Virus record (IMG/VR): IMGVR_UViG_3300044613_003178
DNA from: a virus
Length of the DNA stretch: 64,000 nt
Reading direction: 5' to 3' (one strand)
A program made the position numbers and the translations under genes. Each line of letters starts with the position of its first letter. Positions within the stretch are counted from its first letter, which is position 1. This document shows positions 1 through 9,906 of this stretch, one piece after another. The notes under the pieces are model-generated. The model did no database searches. It was given only the letters and a program-made list of their open reading frames with translations, and had not been told where the DNA came from.

Positions 1-342
1 AGGAGCATATCTCCATCTAGGCGTATAGATCTCTGGATGAAATGTAACATAACGACGAGAAATCTCATTTTCTGTAAAACCAACCTTATGTTTAAAAAGT
101 TGAGTTCTTACAAATATTGGTGCTTTAATTCTTAAAGTTATTTGTGGATGTGAGAACGGTGTCCAGTGATTGTGCTTAGCCAAGTAAGAAATTAGTTTTT
201 CATCTCTCTCACCAAATTCTTCACTCTCTTTATTGAAAGAAACTCTAGCAGCATTTACTACTGTTAGATCATCTCCCATATGAGAAACATATTGCACAAA
301 TCCATTATCAAGAACTCTAATCTTATCCGTAGTACTGGTCAT
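1..342 (-). CDS. thyX: FAD-dependent thymidylate synthase ThyX, 3' end runs off the window
   Basis: Not in the ORF track. Manual translation from ATG at 342: MTSTTDKIRVLDNGFVQYVSHMGDDLTVVNAARVSF...LISYLAKHNHWTPFSHPQITLRIKAPIFVRTQLFKHKVGFTENEISRRY. Contains ThyX hallmarks AARVS, H-W-T-P-F, APIFV and SRRY. Confidence 0.93.
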   Translation of the reverse strand, partial: MTSTTDKIRVLDNGFVQYVSHMGDDLTVVNAARVSFNKESEEFGERDEKLISYLAKHNHWTPFSHPQITLRIKAPIFVRTQLFKHKVGFTENEISRRYVTFHPEIYTPRWRYAP

Positions 343-637
343 CGTCATAAAAATCACCTTCACTTTCTTCATCGTCACCTGGGTAAAAATCATCTGGACC
401 GTAAGGACCATTATCATTTATTTCTTCTGTTATGTCTACACTATCGCCAGTTTCTGCAACATTTCTTTCTTCTAAACTAAAATCGTTTATAATCACACCT
501 GTTAAGTCTTCTGCATATTCAACTGCTTTATTAAACAACTCAGGATTTACACTCCTTAAGTATTCCATAACAGCAAAACAATATGAAACAATTGGGTGTT
601 CTATGTGGAAACTTTCTTCGTTTTCTGATTCTGACAT
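323..637 (-). CDS. Highly acidic hypothetical protein (~104 aa)
   Basis: Track ORF 323..655. Start moved to ATG 637, which follows a GAGGA SD just past the primase stop. About 30 D/E versus 3 K/R. Confidence 0.75.
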   Translation of the reverse strand: MSESENEESFHIEHPIVSYCFAVMEYLRSVNPELFNKAVEYAEDLTGVIINDFSLEERNVAETGDSVDITEEINDNGPYGPDDFYPGDDEESEGDFYDDDQYYG

Positions 638-639
638 GT

Positions 640-1662
640 TTAAATCCTCTTCCATTGTTGAAGTTTTAACTTTGCTTCCATTCCCGAGTAAGAATTTTCA
701 ATAATAATATTTTGTAGTTCTGTGTTTGTATAGCCATTCAGGATCATATCGTTAATATCTTTTTGTTCTATGTTACTTGGCCAAATACAAACAGTTCTTC
801 CATTATTTATTAATTTTTCTATTTGAACGACTACTTGTTTGTTTCTTGGTTCGTTATCTATAATGAAGATTAAATCTTTATCCTTCAATGGATCTGGAAT
901 GTTAGATCCATCATTCAATCCAATCATTGCAACACAATTGTCAAGAAACAGAGAATCCAACGGACCCTCTACTACAAAATACTTCTTATCATCATTCAAA
1001 CGACAGAACCCATACCAGAGTCTTTCAATACTCTTATCTGCTTTAATTGTGATATAACGAATAGCATTCTTGCTCTTTGATAATGTTCTACCCTGAATAG
1101 CAATTACACGGTTTTTTGTATTCAATACAGGAATTACAAGACGAGGTTCTTTTTCAAGTTTGACTTCAGGATCTAGTTTACTTGCAAGAGAACCGAAGTC
1201 ATCCGTATAGTATAGGACACTGTAAAACTCTTGTGGAATTTTTCTACCTGTAACAAATTTTCTACACGGATGATCTTCGTCCAATTCATCAATTCTCTTC
1301 AATCCATCAAGAACATTATCAGAAATATTGAACTTTGGTTGTTCAAATTTAAATTCTGGTTTCTTGTAGTTTGAATTACCATTTTCTCCATTCTTCCATC
1401 GTTCAAGAGAATATTCTTTGCAAAGAGCAGGTGATACAGATTCTAGGAATTTATACATTGTGGTTGATACTCCACAATTATGACAACGATAAAACATATC
1501 GTTGTTCTTTGCAAAGAAGAATCCTCTAGCCTTGCTCTTATTCTTCTTTGAATCACCACAGATAGGACATCTGCAATTTGCAAGATTCTCTTTCTTCCAA
1601 GCAAACTTTGGAAGCATTGGAGAAACCATGTTAATGAATTTTTTATCAATAATTAAAGACAT
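640..1662 (-). CDS. gp61: DNA primase (T4 gp61-like)
   Basis: N-terminal Zn finger CRCPICGDS...YRCHNCG; TOPRIM motifs VVEGPLDSLFL, IIDNEPRN, KDINDM. Confidence 0.96.
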   Translation of the reverse strand: MSLIIDKKFINMVSPMLPKFAWKKENLANCRCPICGDSKKNKSKARGFFFAKNNDMFYRCHNCGVSTTMYKFLESVSPALCKEYSLERWKNGENGNSNYKKPEFKFEQPKFNISDNVLDGLKRIDELDEDHPCRKFVTGRKIPQEFYSVLYYTDDFGSLASKLDPEVKLEKEPRLVIPVLNTKNRVIAIQGRTLSKSKNAIRYITIKADKSIERLWYGFCRLNDDKKYFVVEGPLDSLFLDNCVAMIGLNDGSNIPDPLKDKDLIFIIDNEPRNKQVVVQIEKLINNGRTVCIWPSNIEQKDINDMILNGYTNTELQNIIIENSYSGMEAKLKLQQWKRI

Positions 1663-1817
1663 TATCTTGCATTTGGAAAGTTATACTTTGCCCATTCACG
1701 CCACTCTGGAAGTTCTTCATCACGAATATTTGGTAATGCTGCTAAACGCTGCTCTAATGTGCGAGTATCATCATCACTTACAATCTGAACTTGCTTCATT
1801 GTAATTTCTTCTACCAT
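1662..1817 (-). CDS. Small hypothetical protein (51 aa)
   Basis: Below the track cut-off. MVEEITMKQV...EWREWAKYNFPNAR; AAGGAG SD; TAATG overlap with the primase start; fills the gp41-gp61 gap. Confidence 0.75.
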   Translation of the reverse strand: MVEEITMKQVQIVSDDDTRTLEQRLAALPNIRDEELPEWREWAKYNFPNAR

Positions 1818-1826
1818 AGTATCTCC

Positions 1827-3236
1827 TTAATTAGTCCAATCTTCTGATTTTTTAAATTTACGAACACTAAATTTGGAAGTGTACTTATTATCATGCCCTT
1901 CCGATCCAACATCTTCATCCTCTCCAGTCCCAGTCAATCCATCTTGTGCTGATGCATCAAGATTGTATAGTTTCATCTTTGCACGATTGATACCAATAAC
2001 AAACTTACGATTGCTCGCAAGATCATTATACCGATTCTTCAACTGCTTCACCATGACTTGATTTCTCTTATCAAGTTCTTCAGTTGCAATAATTGCAAAC
2101 ATGAAATCTGCTGTTGCTGGCAAACCAAATGACTCTGAAGTATTCTCAAGACCGAAATCGGTATTGTTGTAACCTTCACGATTCACCTGAGTTGCAGAGA
2201 ACACCGGAACACCAAGTTCAACTGCAAGACCACGAAGTTCTTCTGCAATTGACTTAATGTAAGTATAGGAATTCACAGAACCACCCTGCTTCATACGGGC
2301 AGATGCACAAATGTTCAGATAATCAATAAAGATGATATCAGGAACAAACTTCTTCTTGAGTTTCAATTCATTGACAAGATATCTGAAGTGATTCACATGT
2401 GCAGTTGCAGTTGGATATTCCTTGATGATAAGTTTACCAGTAACTCCTCTAGTTGCATTGAATAACTTCTTTGCATAAACTTGCTTTGGTAAGGACTTTA
2501 GTTCATCAATTGTAATATCCATGATATTGGCATCGATACGCTCTGCGATTCTTTCTTCTGCCATCTCACAGGTGATGTATAATACATTCTTGTTTTGTAT
2601 CAAACAATTTGCTGCTTGGTGACAGAGGAATAGAGACTTACCAACACCAGTACCTGCGATTACGATGTTTAGAGTTTTTGTAGCAACTCCTCCCTTCGTA
2701 ATATCATTGAAGAACTCCAAATCAAATGGAATCTTCTTTTCTACCGTATGATAGAATTCATATCGCTTTTCTGAATCCTTGATATAATCGTGACCGATAT
2801 TTGTATCAAAAGATACTGCTAAAGCATCAGAAAGAATAGATGGAAGTGCTTCCTTCGTATGTGTTTGTGACTTTCCATCTATGATATGAATCGATTCAAG
2901 GATTGCATTATAGATTGCTTTATCCTTGCAGAACTTTTCTGTCTCATTCACAAGCCACTGCTCATCCTGTTCAGAGGTTGAGTAGTCGTTAATTTTCTGC
3001 AACATAGAATCATACTCTTGTTGAGTTAGATTCTTGTTGTTAGAAAGATCTACCAGTAGTGCTTCTTTAGTGGGAAGTTTGTTATACTTAGAGACAAATT
3101 CAGATATAGTCTTATAGATGACTTTATCTTCTTTTGTTTGGAAGTACTCATCCTTTAGGAATGGTACAACCTTTCTAGTATAATTCTCGTTGTAAAGAAG
3201 ATTTTCTAGAATTACTTTTTCAACAATAGAATTCAT
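1827..3236 (-). CDS. gp41: Replicative DnaB-family helicase (T4 gp41-like)
   Basis: Walker [59 protein letters not shown]. Confidence 0.97.
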   Translation of the reverse strand: MNSIVEKVILENLLYNENYTRKVVPFLKDEYFQTKEDKVIYKTISEFVSKYNKLPTKEALLVDLSNNKNLTQQEYDSMLQKINDYSTSEQDEQWLVNETEKFCKDKAIYNAILESIHIIDGKSQTHTKEALPSILSDALAVSFDTNIGHDYIKDSEKRYEFYHTVEKKIPFDLEFFNDITKGGVATKTLNIVIAGTGVGKSLFLCHQAANCLIQNKNVLYITCEMAEERIAERIDANIMDITIDELKSLPKQVYAKKLFNATRGVTGKLIIKEYPTATAHVNHFRYLVNELKLKKKFVPDIIFIDYLNICASARMKQGGSVNSYTYIKSIAEELRGLAVELGVPVFSATQVNREGYNNTDFGLENTSESFGLPATADFMFAIIATEELDKRNQVMVKQLKNRYNDLASNRKFVIGINRAKMKLYNLDASAQDGLTGTGEDEDVGSEGHDNKYTSKFSVRKFKKSEDWTN

Positions 3237-4276
3237 TCTTCAGTTTCTTGTTCGCTTGCTCCTGCTCCGTACTTGAACTCGACTGCAACCGCTGCTTCGA
3301 GTTTTTCCATTACTTCCTTGGTAAAATACTTCTCTGGCTCTTCGATGAGGTTCTTCTCGAATGCCTTGCTACCATCTGGAAGTTCAATACGGGTTGAAAC
3401 CTTCTTGAATATACCATGCTTTAGTGCCAAGTCAACAAGTCCGTAGTACTTATTTAAACCACTATCGTAGTTCAACTTAACATCTACCATCTGGTTTTCC
3501 TTAGTAAGACGACTCTTGTACAACTTGCAGTGAATAATGTTACCAACTACCTGTCCTTCTGAATTCTTATCCTTCTTCTTTGAAAGATAAACAATTGTAG
3601 AAGCAGCATACTTTAGACCAGAACCACCTGACATTTCCTTGGTTGGAACATAAGAACCAACAACATCATAGGTATGATTAGTCATTAGTAGAGGAATACC
3701 AGCCTTACCTAACTTAAGAGTAAGTACACGGAAGGTGCTCTTGATAACCTGTGAGCGGGTCATATCACGAACTTCCTTACCCTCTGCAGTATCTGCCATT
3801 TCCTTACTGGTTGACAACATACCAAGTGAGTCTAGAACAACCATCATTGGCTTACGATCTTCCTTTGATTGCTCCATATACTTGTCAAGAATCTTGATAA
3901 GTTGTAGACGGAACTCTTCAATAGTTGCTACAGGGAACACAGCAACTTGCTTAGAGTTAACACCACGACTGATAAACATATCAGAAGTAACCGCTTGCTC
4001 TGTATCGAAGTAAAGAACAATACCATCCTTGCGATCCTCAAGGAACTTCTTCACAATACCGATTGAGAAATAAGTCTTACCAGTTGCAGACTCACCTGCT
4101 AGAGCAATGATCTTATTGTCAGGAATACCACCATAAAGTGAACCTGAAACTAGAGCATTGAATGCATAAGAACCTGTATCAACAAATCCCTTTACATCGC
4201 TTCCTTCAAGACCATCCTCAACTAGTCCTGCATACTCATTACCAGAAGACTTAATAATATCATCAATAAATCCCAT
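3233..4276 (-). CDS. uvsX: RecA-like recombinase UvsX
   Basis: [45 protein letters not shown]; located between gp43 and gp41. Confidence 0.96.
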   Translation of the reverse strand: MGFIDDIIKSSGNEYAGLVEDGLEGSDVKGFVDTGSYAFNALVSGSLYGGIPDNKIIALAGESATGKTYFSIGIVKKFLEDRKDGIVLYFDTEQAVTSDMFISRGVNSKQVAVFPVATIEEFRLQLIKILDKYMEQSKEDRKPMMVVLDSLGMLSTSKEMADTAEGKEVRDMTRSQVIKSTFRVLTLKLGKAGIPLLMTNHTYDVVGSYVPTKEMSGGSGLKYAASTIVYLSKKKDKNSEGQVVGNIIHCKLYKSRLTKENQMVDVKLNYDSGLNKYYGLVDLALKHGIFKKVSTRIELPDGSKAFEKNLIEEPEKYFTKEVMEKLEAAVAVEFKYGAGASEQETEE

Positions 4277-4288
4277 ATTAATCCTTTC

Positions 4289-4486
4289 TCAAATTGTTCC
4301 TGCTTGTACCGCTTTTTCCAACATATACGACGCTTCACGACATTTCTTTCTCTCTTCAATCAACTCATTATAATAGTCTAGACTTGCTTTCTTATCTCTT
4401 TGAGATCTATTGATATAACTCTCAAGATCAAGAAGACGATTCTTAACTAATTGCTGAAGATATTCTACTAATTCATTCTCTTTCAT
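4289..4486 (-). CDS. Hypothetical helical protein (65 aa)
   Basis: ATGA overlap with the gp43 stop; fills the gap to uvsX. Confidence 0.7.
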   Translation of the reverse strand: MKENELVEYLQQLVKNRLLDLESYINRSQRDKKASLDYYNELIEERKKCREASYMLEKAVQAGTI

Positions 4487-7059
4487 ATGAATAAACTCTC
4501 CAATGTTGTCCTTCTCTCAAGATCCCAACCTATGACCTTAACGATAGTAGAGAGAGGTTCTATAAAGCTCTTTTCGAACTGCTTATTGTAGTCAATGTAG
4601 TTATGCAGTTCAAGTTCTTTTGGCAAAGTATTTGTAAACGAAATGACATGTTCACCAATTGGATTTGGTGTTTTCAAATAAACAAACTTGACCTTTTCGC
4701 CATCTTTAATTACAGAATACTTCTTTGTTAATTTGTGTTTTTTGAGATGATGGTTGAATAGCAATGCACCCTTCACAGCAATCGGTGTAGACTTCTTGTA
4801 AATACTTGAAGAATCAGAATATTCATTTATTCCATTACATCCTCTTGGGAATGCAACTGCTTCTACTGGTGAAGTAATAAATTGATTTTTAAATTCATCT
4901 TTAAAAGAAATCAAAGTATCTTCATCTGAATTCATAATAATATGAATTGCTTTCTTCAAACCATCACGGACAATTTGTGGAGTTGAAGAACGGGTTGTTT
5001 CAATACCCATGATCTTCATCTCTGGTTCTTTCAGAAGAACATTGTCTTCACCCATCATCACATTCAACATGTATCGCTTCTTTGCAGTCCAGATACCCTT
5101 ACTGGAGATAGACTCACGCTTCATATGCATTTTTTGATCATATGCATTCATGATTTTTGCAAGTTCATTATACTTCTTTTCAATAAATGGATTGATGATC
5201 TCATTACACGCTTTGTCCAAGAACTTAACTACCTTCTCATTATCAGGTACATTACCCTTGAAAGACTTCTCTACTAGTTTATCGAGACAGAGATAAACAG
5301 AGTCTGTATCTGATGCAATAACATAATCAACTCCTGTGGTTCCAATATTCTTGTTCAGGAAAACATTCAAAGCATTCTCAATCCAACGAATAGACAATTG
5401 ACCAGATACAGTGATTGCTTCTGCAAGATCAAGATCATAATAACGGAAGTATTGATTACCTACAGCACCGAAGGCAGAGTTCAATTGAATCTTTCGAACT
5501 AACTGGAAGTTGTGATACTTACTGATATCAAACTTAATTTGCTGCTCTTCTTTCTTGCTCAGATTCTTTTCATTCTTCAACCTACGCTTCGAGTCCAACA
5601 TCTTCTCCTTGTACATCTTTCGTTCTTTGTACATGGTTTCCATGAGTTCTGCTAGGAATCCCTGCTTGTCTTTCTTGAAGTAGACACCATTTGCAGCCAT
5701 GCTAAGATTCTTTTCACGAATTGTAGTCTGATGATCTGTTAGTTGTAGGAACTGCTTCTTAGATTCTTCGCTGTTGGGATATAGGACATCTTCTGGTCGA
5801 AGAGTTCCACGCTTACCCATTTCATGCTTCATCTCGGGTGAGATGTTATACTGCATGATAAGATGTGGATAAAGAGAATCCAAGTCGAAGGATACAATCC
5901 ATTTATGCATACCAACTTGTGGTTCCTTCACATATGCACCAACGAATGCAGTATCCTTCTCTTCAATATTCTTCTGTGGAATTACAATCTTCTTTGCATT
6001 CAAATAATGATAGATGATTGTATCCCAAGTTCGAACTTGAGAAAACACATCAACTAGATTTACTTTTGCAGAATACGCAAGAGCGAGAGCGAGTTCAAGA
6101 AGTTTAAGTTTCTGTTCAAGTTTAACTACTAGATCAACATCCTTCACATTATACTGAACGAACTTCTGAAAGTCTCGTGTGTACATGTCAAGAATACCAT
6201 CGAATCCCTCGAACGATGCTTTCTTCTCACCAAGTTCTGCATATGAAATATGATTGAGACTGTAAGACTCTTGAGTTACGAATGTAAACTTCTTGTAGAG
6301 ATCAAGGTAATCTAGAATGGAAACACCCAACAGATCATAAGCGATCTGCTCTCTCTGCATGATGTACACCTTACGAGGTTTTACAATACCCCAAGGAGAG
6401 AGTCTTCCAACTTCACCGTCACCAAATAAATTTGTAATTCGGTTTACAAGATATGGAATATCGAAGAACTGAATGTTCCATCCCGTGATGATATCAAAGT
6501 CATAATACTTCCACTGCTCAATGAATGCTTGAAGCATTTCCTTCTCACAATCATATTCAAACACCATGTGGTTGTTTTGAACTGGTTTTGCTCTACCAAG
6601 ACAATAGGTATGAATTGTTTCCTTACCTTGTTGTAGGAAACGAACAGTAATAATATTGACCTTTTGATCTGCTTTCTCTACTGTTGGGAATCCATCCTCA
6701 CACTGTGTTTCAATATCAAGATAGCACACCTTCAAAGTGTTTGGATCATATTCTAGATTTGGAAAACGATCACCAATAAATTGATACTGATAATCAGTAT
6801 TACCATAGATTTGATAACCTTGAACATCCTTGTATTCTTCAATCATTTCTCTACAATCAGAGATAGAATCAAACTCAAAAGGAACAACTGGAAGATTGTC
6901 CAGAGTTCTCCAAGGAGTGGTCTTGATCTGATCGGGTCCTGCAGGAACATAAAGAGTTGGAGAGAACTTGACCTTCTCTCTTACTCTCTTACCATTCTTG
7001 TAACCAGTGTACAGAATAGAGTTACCACGGACAGAAACATGTGTATAGAATTCACTCAT
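4483..7059 (-). CDS. gp43: Family B DNA polymerase (T4 gp43-like)
   Basis: Exonuclease DIET, GWNIQFFDIPY, YNVKD; polymerase SFDLDSLYPHL, KIQLNSAFG, ASDTDS, KKRY; C-terminal clamp-binding-like TLESLF. Confidence 0.98.
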   Translation of the reverse strand: MSEFYTHVSVRGNSILYTGYKNGKRVREKVKFSPTLYVPAGPDQIKTTPWRTLDNLPVVPFEFDSISDCREMIEEYKDVQGYQIYGNTDYQYQFIGDRFPNLEYDPNTLKVCYLDIETQCEDGFPTVEKADQKVNIITVRFLQQGKETIHTYCLGRAKPVQNNHMVFEYDCEKEMLQAFIEQWKYYDFDIITGWNIQFFDIPYLVNRITNLFGDGEVGRLSPWGIVKPRKVYIMQREQIAYDLLGVSILDYLDLYKKFTFVTQESYSLNHISYAELGEKKASFEGFDGILDMYTRDFQKFVQYNVKDVDLVVKLEQKLKLLELALALAYSAKVNLVDVFSQVRTWDTIIYHYLNAKKIVIPQKNIEEKDTAFVGAYVKEPQVGMHKWIVSFDLDSLYPHLIMQYNISPEMKHEMGKRGTLRPEDVLYPNSEESKKQFLQLTDHQTTIREKNLSMAANGVYFKKDKQGFLAELMETMYKERKMYKEKMLDSKRRLKNEKNLSKKEEQQIKFDISKYHNFQLVRKIQLNSAFGAVGNQYFRYYDLDLAEAITVSGQLSIRWIENALNVFLNKNIGTTGVDYVIASDTDSVYLCLDKLVEKSFKGNVPDNEKVVKFLDKACNEIINPFIEKKYNELAKIMNAYDQKMHMKRESISSKGIWTAKKRYMLNVMMGEDNVLLKEPEMKIMGIETTRSSTPQIVRDGLKKAIHIIMNSDEDTLISFKDEFKNQFITSPVEAVAFPRGCNGINEYSDSSSIYKKSTPIAVKGALLFNHHLKKHKLTKKYSVIKDGEKVKFVYLKTPNPIGEHVISFTNTLPKELELHNYIDYNKQFEKSFIEPLSTIVKVIGWDLERRTTLESLFI

Positions 7060-7901
7060 TCCATTATAGTAGTAAGCGGGGATACTTCTTCTGCATAACG
7101 CTTGTATGATAGTGCATGATACTCGGGATTCAACTCAATTCCCAAATAATTTCTATCATTCATGCAGGATACTATCCCCGTAGTTCCTGAACCAGAGAAT
7201 GGATCAAGAACAGTTCCTCCCACTGGACAACCTGCTACGATGCAAGGTTTGATCAAATCCAACGGGAATGTTGCAAAGTGTGCTCCCTTGTATGTATTGG
7301 TAGCAATGCTCCAAACATCACGCAAGTTTGCAGTTTCATAGTTTTTATTAAATCCTGAATGTGCAGAAAGACCAGTTTGCTCTTGCCATTCCTTTGTCTT
7401 TCTCTTATGTCCATTCTCTGTGCGCTTATCCTCTGGATGCTTCGCAACAGTCTTTGTGGATTCAATATCATAATAATAATTTTTGTTTTTTGCAAGTAGG
7501 AAGAAGAACTCATGTGATCGTGTAGGACGATCCTTTACACTTTCCGGCATAGGATTTGTCTTGTGCCAGACAATATCACTGCGTAGAATCCAACCGTCCT
7601 TCTGCAAAGCAAAAGCAACCAACCAAGGAACACCTAAAAGGTTCTTGTTCTTTCCAAAGGTATCACCGATGTTTAACCACAAAGTACCATCATCACGAAG
7701 TACTCGCTTTACACCTTGAAATACCTTAACCATTTCGTTTACATACTCTTCAGGTGTATCTTCTGCACCGATCTGATCATCATTATGATAATCACGAAGA
7801 GCAAAATATGGTGGAGATGTCACGCAAGTATTAATAGAACACTCAGGAAGAGTGTTTAGTATCTCACGATTATCACCAAGAAGAACTTCAAACTTTGGCA
7901 T
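7056..7901 (-). CDS. Beta-class N4-cytosine/N6-adenine DNA methyltransferase
   Basis: Motif IV TSPPY precedes motif I VLDPFSGSGTT; also HFATFP and GIELNPEY. SPPY is typical of m4C enzymes. Confidence 0.92.
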   Translation of the reverse strand: MPKFEVLLGDNREILNTLPECSINTCVTSPPYFALRDYHNDDQIGAEDTPEEYVNEMVKVFQGVKRVLRDDGTLWLNIGDTFGKNKNLLGVPWLVAFALQKDGWILRSDIVWHKTNPMPESVKDRPTRSHEFFFLLAKNKNYYYDIESTKTVAKHPEDKRTENGHKRKTKEWQEQTGLSAHSGFNKNYETANLRDVWSIATNTYKGAHFATFPLDLIKPCIVAGCPVGGTVLDPFSGSGTTGIVSCMNDRNYLGIELNPEYHALSYKRYAEEVSPLTTIME

Positions 7902-8211
7902 TCTTGTCCTTTACATATGAATGAAGAAGAACCATATAATTGATTACATCAACTATTGTATCCTCGAATGATTCATTTGCAACTTCCATCTTTCCTGCTT
8001 CAACAAAAGAAGAAAGACGACTCATCTTATCTGTAAGACGAACGAGCATACCACGCTCAGTTGAACAAATACCCATCGACTCTACGCGAGTAAAATTAGC
8101 GAATGGTTCAGTTCCAGAGCGACCTGCATAATCTGCGTTCTTTTTCTTCATCAACTCACGAGCACTATCACATAGATGAACATGATTATCTAATAATTCT
8201 TGCTTTGTCAT
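7888..8211 (-). CDS. DUF1599 / nucleotide-modification-associated domain 1 (Nmad1)-like helical protein
   Basis: KKNADYA...FANF...G.LVRLTDKMSRL...ESFEDTIVDVINY pattern. Confidence 0.75.
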   Translation of the reverse strand: MTKQELLDNHVHLCDSARELMKKKNADYAGRSGTEPFANFTRVESMGICSTERGMLVRLTDKMSRLSSFVEAGKMEVANESFEDTIVDVINYMVLLHSYVKDKNAKV

Positions 8212-8729
8212 AATGAAACTCCTGTAGATCCAAATCCACCATTTCGATCTGTCTTTTGTATTGGCTTTTCGCTTGTCTCTAGTATATCATAAGTTTCGCA
8301 CTTTACAAGTTCTGCTTGTGCAATTCTGTCACCATGATGTACATAAAGTTTTTCATTTGAAATATTGTGCAACATGATCTTTGATTCTTCAATATAATCA
8401 GAATCAATGATACCTTGTGCATTTGCCATGACCAGACCTTGCTTGAATGAAAGACCAGAACGAGCATGAATTCTTACAGAAAATCCTTCAGGAATATCAA
8501 AAATAATCCCAGTAGGAACTAAAAGTCTCTGACTAGGATCTATTTTAATATATCTGCCGCCTTCTTTTGTTTCAAAAATATTTGCTACACACTCTCTATT
8601 ATTTGCACAATAACCTTTTACTTCATAGAGAGGTTGACCAAGATAAGCATGTAAATCGAAACACGCAGACTGTGCAGTTGCTTTCTTTGGTGTCTTTACT
8701 TCAGGGTATAACTTGTAGATTTTTAACAT
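8208..8729 (-). CDS. dut: Trimeric dUTPase
   Basis: SACFDL, ARSGL, GIIDSDY, GDRIAQ, RNGGFGSTG (motifs I-V). Confidence 0.97.
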   Translation of the reverse strand: MLKIYKLYPEVKTPKKATAQSACFDLHAYLGQPLYEVKGYCANNRECVANIFETKEGGRYIKIDPSQRLLVPTGIIFDIPEGFSVRIHARSGLSFKQGLVMANAQGIIDSDYIEESKIMLHNISNEKLYVHHGDRIAQAELVKCETYDILETSEKPIQKTDRNGGFGSTGVSL

Positions 8730-8735
8730 GATAAA

Positions 8736-8763
8736 AGTATAACCTCACGAATAAAAATGTCAA
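8736..8763 (-). promoter_or_regulatory. Sigma70-type early promoter for the dut-MTase-gp43 operon, probably leaderless
   Basis: TTGACA-N16-TATACT, then 6 nt (TTTATC) and the dut ATG; no SD. Confidence 0.8.
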
Positions 8764-8948
8764 GGAATTTCTAGAACATCTGGTTCAATAAATCTTGGAT
8801 CACTATTTACATCATAAGTCCAACCAATTTCACACCTTTCATTTTCAAGTAAATTTACATTTGTTGTATTATGAAATAAATCACCAACACCATCCCATAT
8901 TATTATATTTTCAACAATATTATTTGCATCTATTAAAGCCCATCTCAT
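8760..8948 (-). CDS. Small tail-fibre-associated protein (62 aa)
   Basis: MRWALIDANNIVENIIIWDG...CEIGWTYD...FIEP; AAGGAG SD before ATG 8948. This type of gene typically follows Gly-rich phage fibre-tip genes. Confidence 0.7.
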   Translation of the reverse strand: MRWALIDANNIVENIIIWDGVGDLFHNTTNVNLLENERCEIGWTYDVNSDPRFIEPDVLEIP

Positions 8949-8961
8949 CTTATTTTCTCCT

Positions 8962-9894
8962 TTATGCATAAGCCATTATTACACAATAACCATTTCCGCC
9001 TGTTCCACCAGTACCAGAAGTTTGATTCGACCAAGCACCACCGCCACCACCGCCGCCAGCACCCCTGTAACCATTTCCACCATTTCCTGCAGTTCCTGTC
9101 GTTGCACCATTTCTACCGCCTGCACCCGGAAGACCTGGAGAATAAATACCACACAACTTATAGTAATAATCTGTAGCAGATTCACCATTAGCACCAGAAC
9201 CACTAAGAACTGTAACATTTCTTTCAATATATGGATCAATCACTGATGTAGTTGCAGTTGTTGGTGTCACTATAGGTGAACCATTATATGATGTCAATTC
9301 TCCACCTGCAGCATTATGTCCCCCACCTCCACCTCCTCCATTTGAATTTAATCCTTGCCATGTTACATTTGTTGGAGCTGTTGTAGAACCTGTAGCAGGA
9401 GATATATTTCCTATCTGTATTCCGTGAATAAGTGATTGACGAACTGATCCTGCTGCTCCAGTTGCAGTGGTTCCGCCACCACCTCCAGCGCCACCATAAG
9501 CCACCGCCAATATTCCTATTTTACCTGCTACTTTTATTTGAGTATTACCGGCGCTATTACCACCAGAACCATTTGTTCCTGCAGTTGTTTGACCGGAGCC
9601 TCCGGTTCCACCTGCACCTATTGCAATTTCCAATGTTGTTCCTGATCCACCTAATGTTTCAACAAAAAATTCATGTTGTATTATACTCCCACCAGAACCA
9701 CCACCACCTCCAAATGTACTACCAGAATCCGCTACTGCTCTTTTTCTCCCTCCACCACCTCCACCGCCGCCTCCTATTGCTCTTATGAATATCTTAGTTG
9801 CCCAAGGTGGTATGGTATAAGAACCACTGGTATCAAATTCTCGTATATCGGTTGTAATATTTTGTTTTGGAAAATCAAAAAATCCAGTATTCAT
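8962..9894 (-). CDS. Glycine-rich putative adhesin/fibre-tip protein, paralog 3
   Basis: GFFDFP...EFDTSGSYTIPP...IGGGGGGGGG...GNGYCVI; multiple poly-Gly segments. Confidence 0.8.
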   Translation of the reverse strand: MNTGFFDFPKQNITTDIREFDTSGSYTIPPWATKIFIRAIGGGGGGGGGRKRAVADSGSTFGGGGGSGGSIIQHEFFVETLGGSGTTLEIAIGAGGTGGSGQTTAGTNGSGGNSAGNTQIKVAGKIGILAVAYGGAGGGGGTTATGAAGSVRQSLIHGIQIGNISPATGSTTAPTNVTWQGLNSNGGGGGGGHNAAGGELTSYNGSPIVTPTTATTSVIDPYIERNVTVLSGSGANGESATDYYYKLCGIYSPGLPGAGGRNGATTGTAGNGGNGYRGAGGGGGGGAWSNQTSGTGGTGGNGYCVIMAYA

Positions 9895-9906
9895 TTTTAG
9901 TATCCT

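Noticed and set aside
7056-7901. Complete restriction-modification system
   Set aside because: No nuclease gene nearby; the neighbours are gp43 and a small helical protein.
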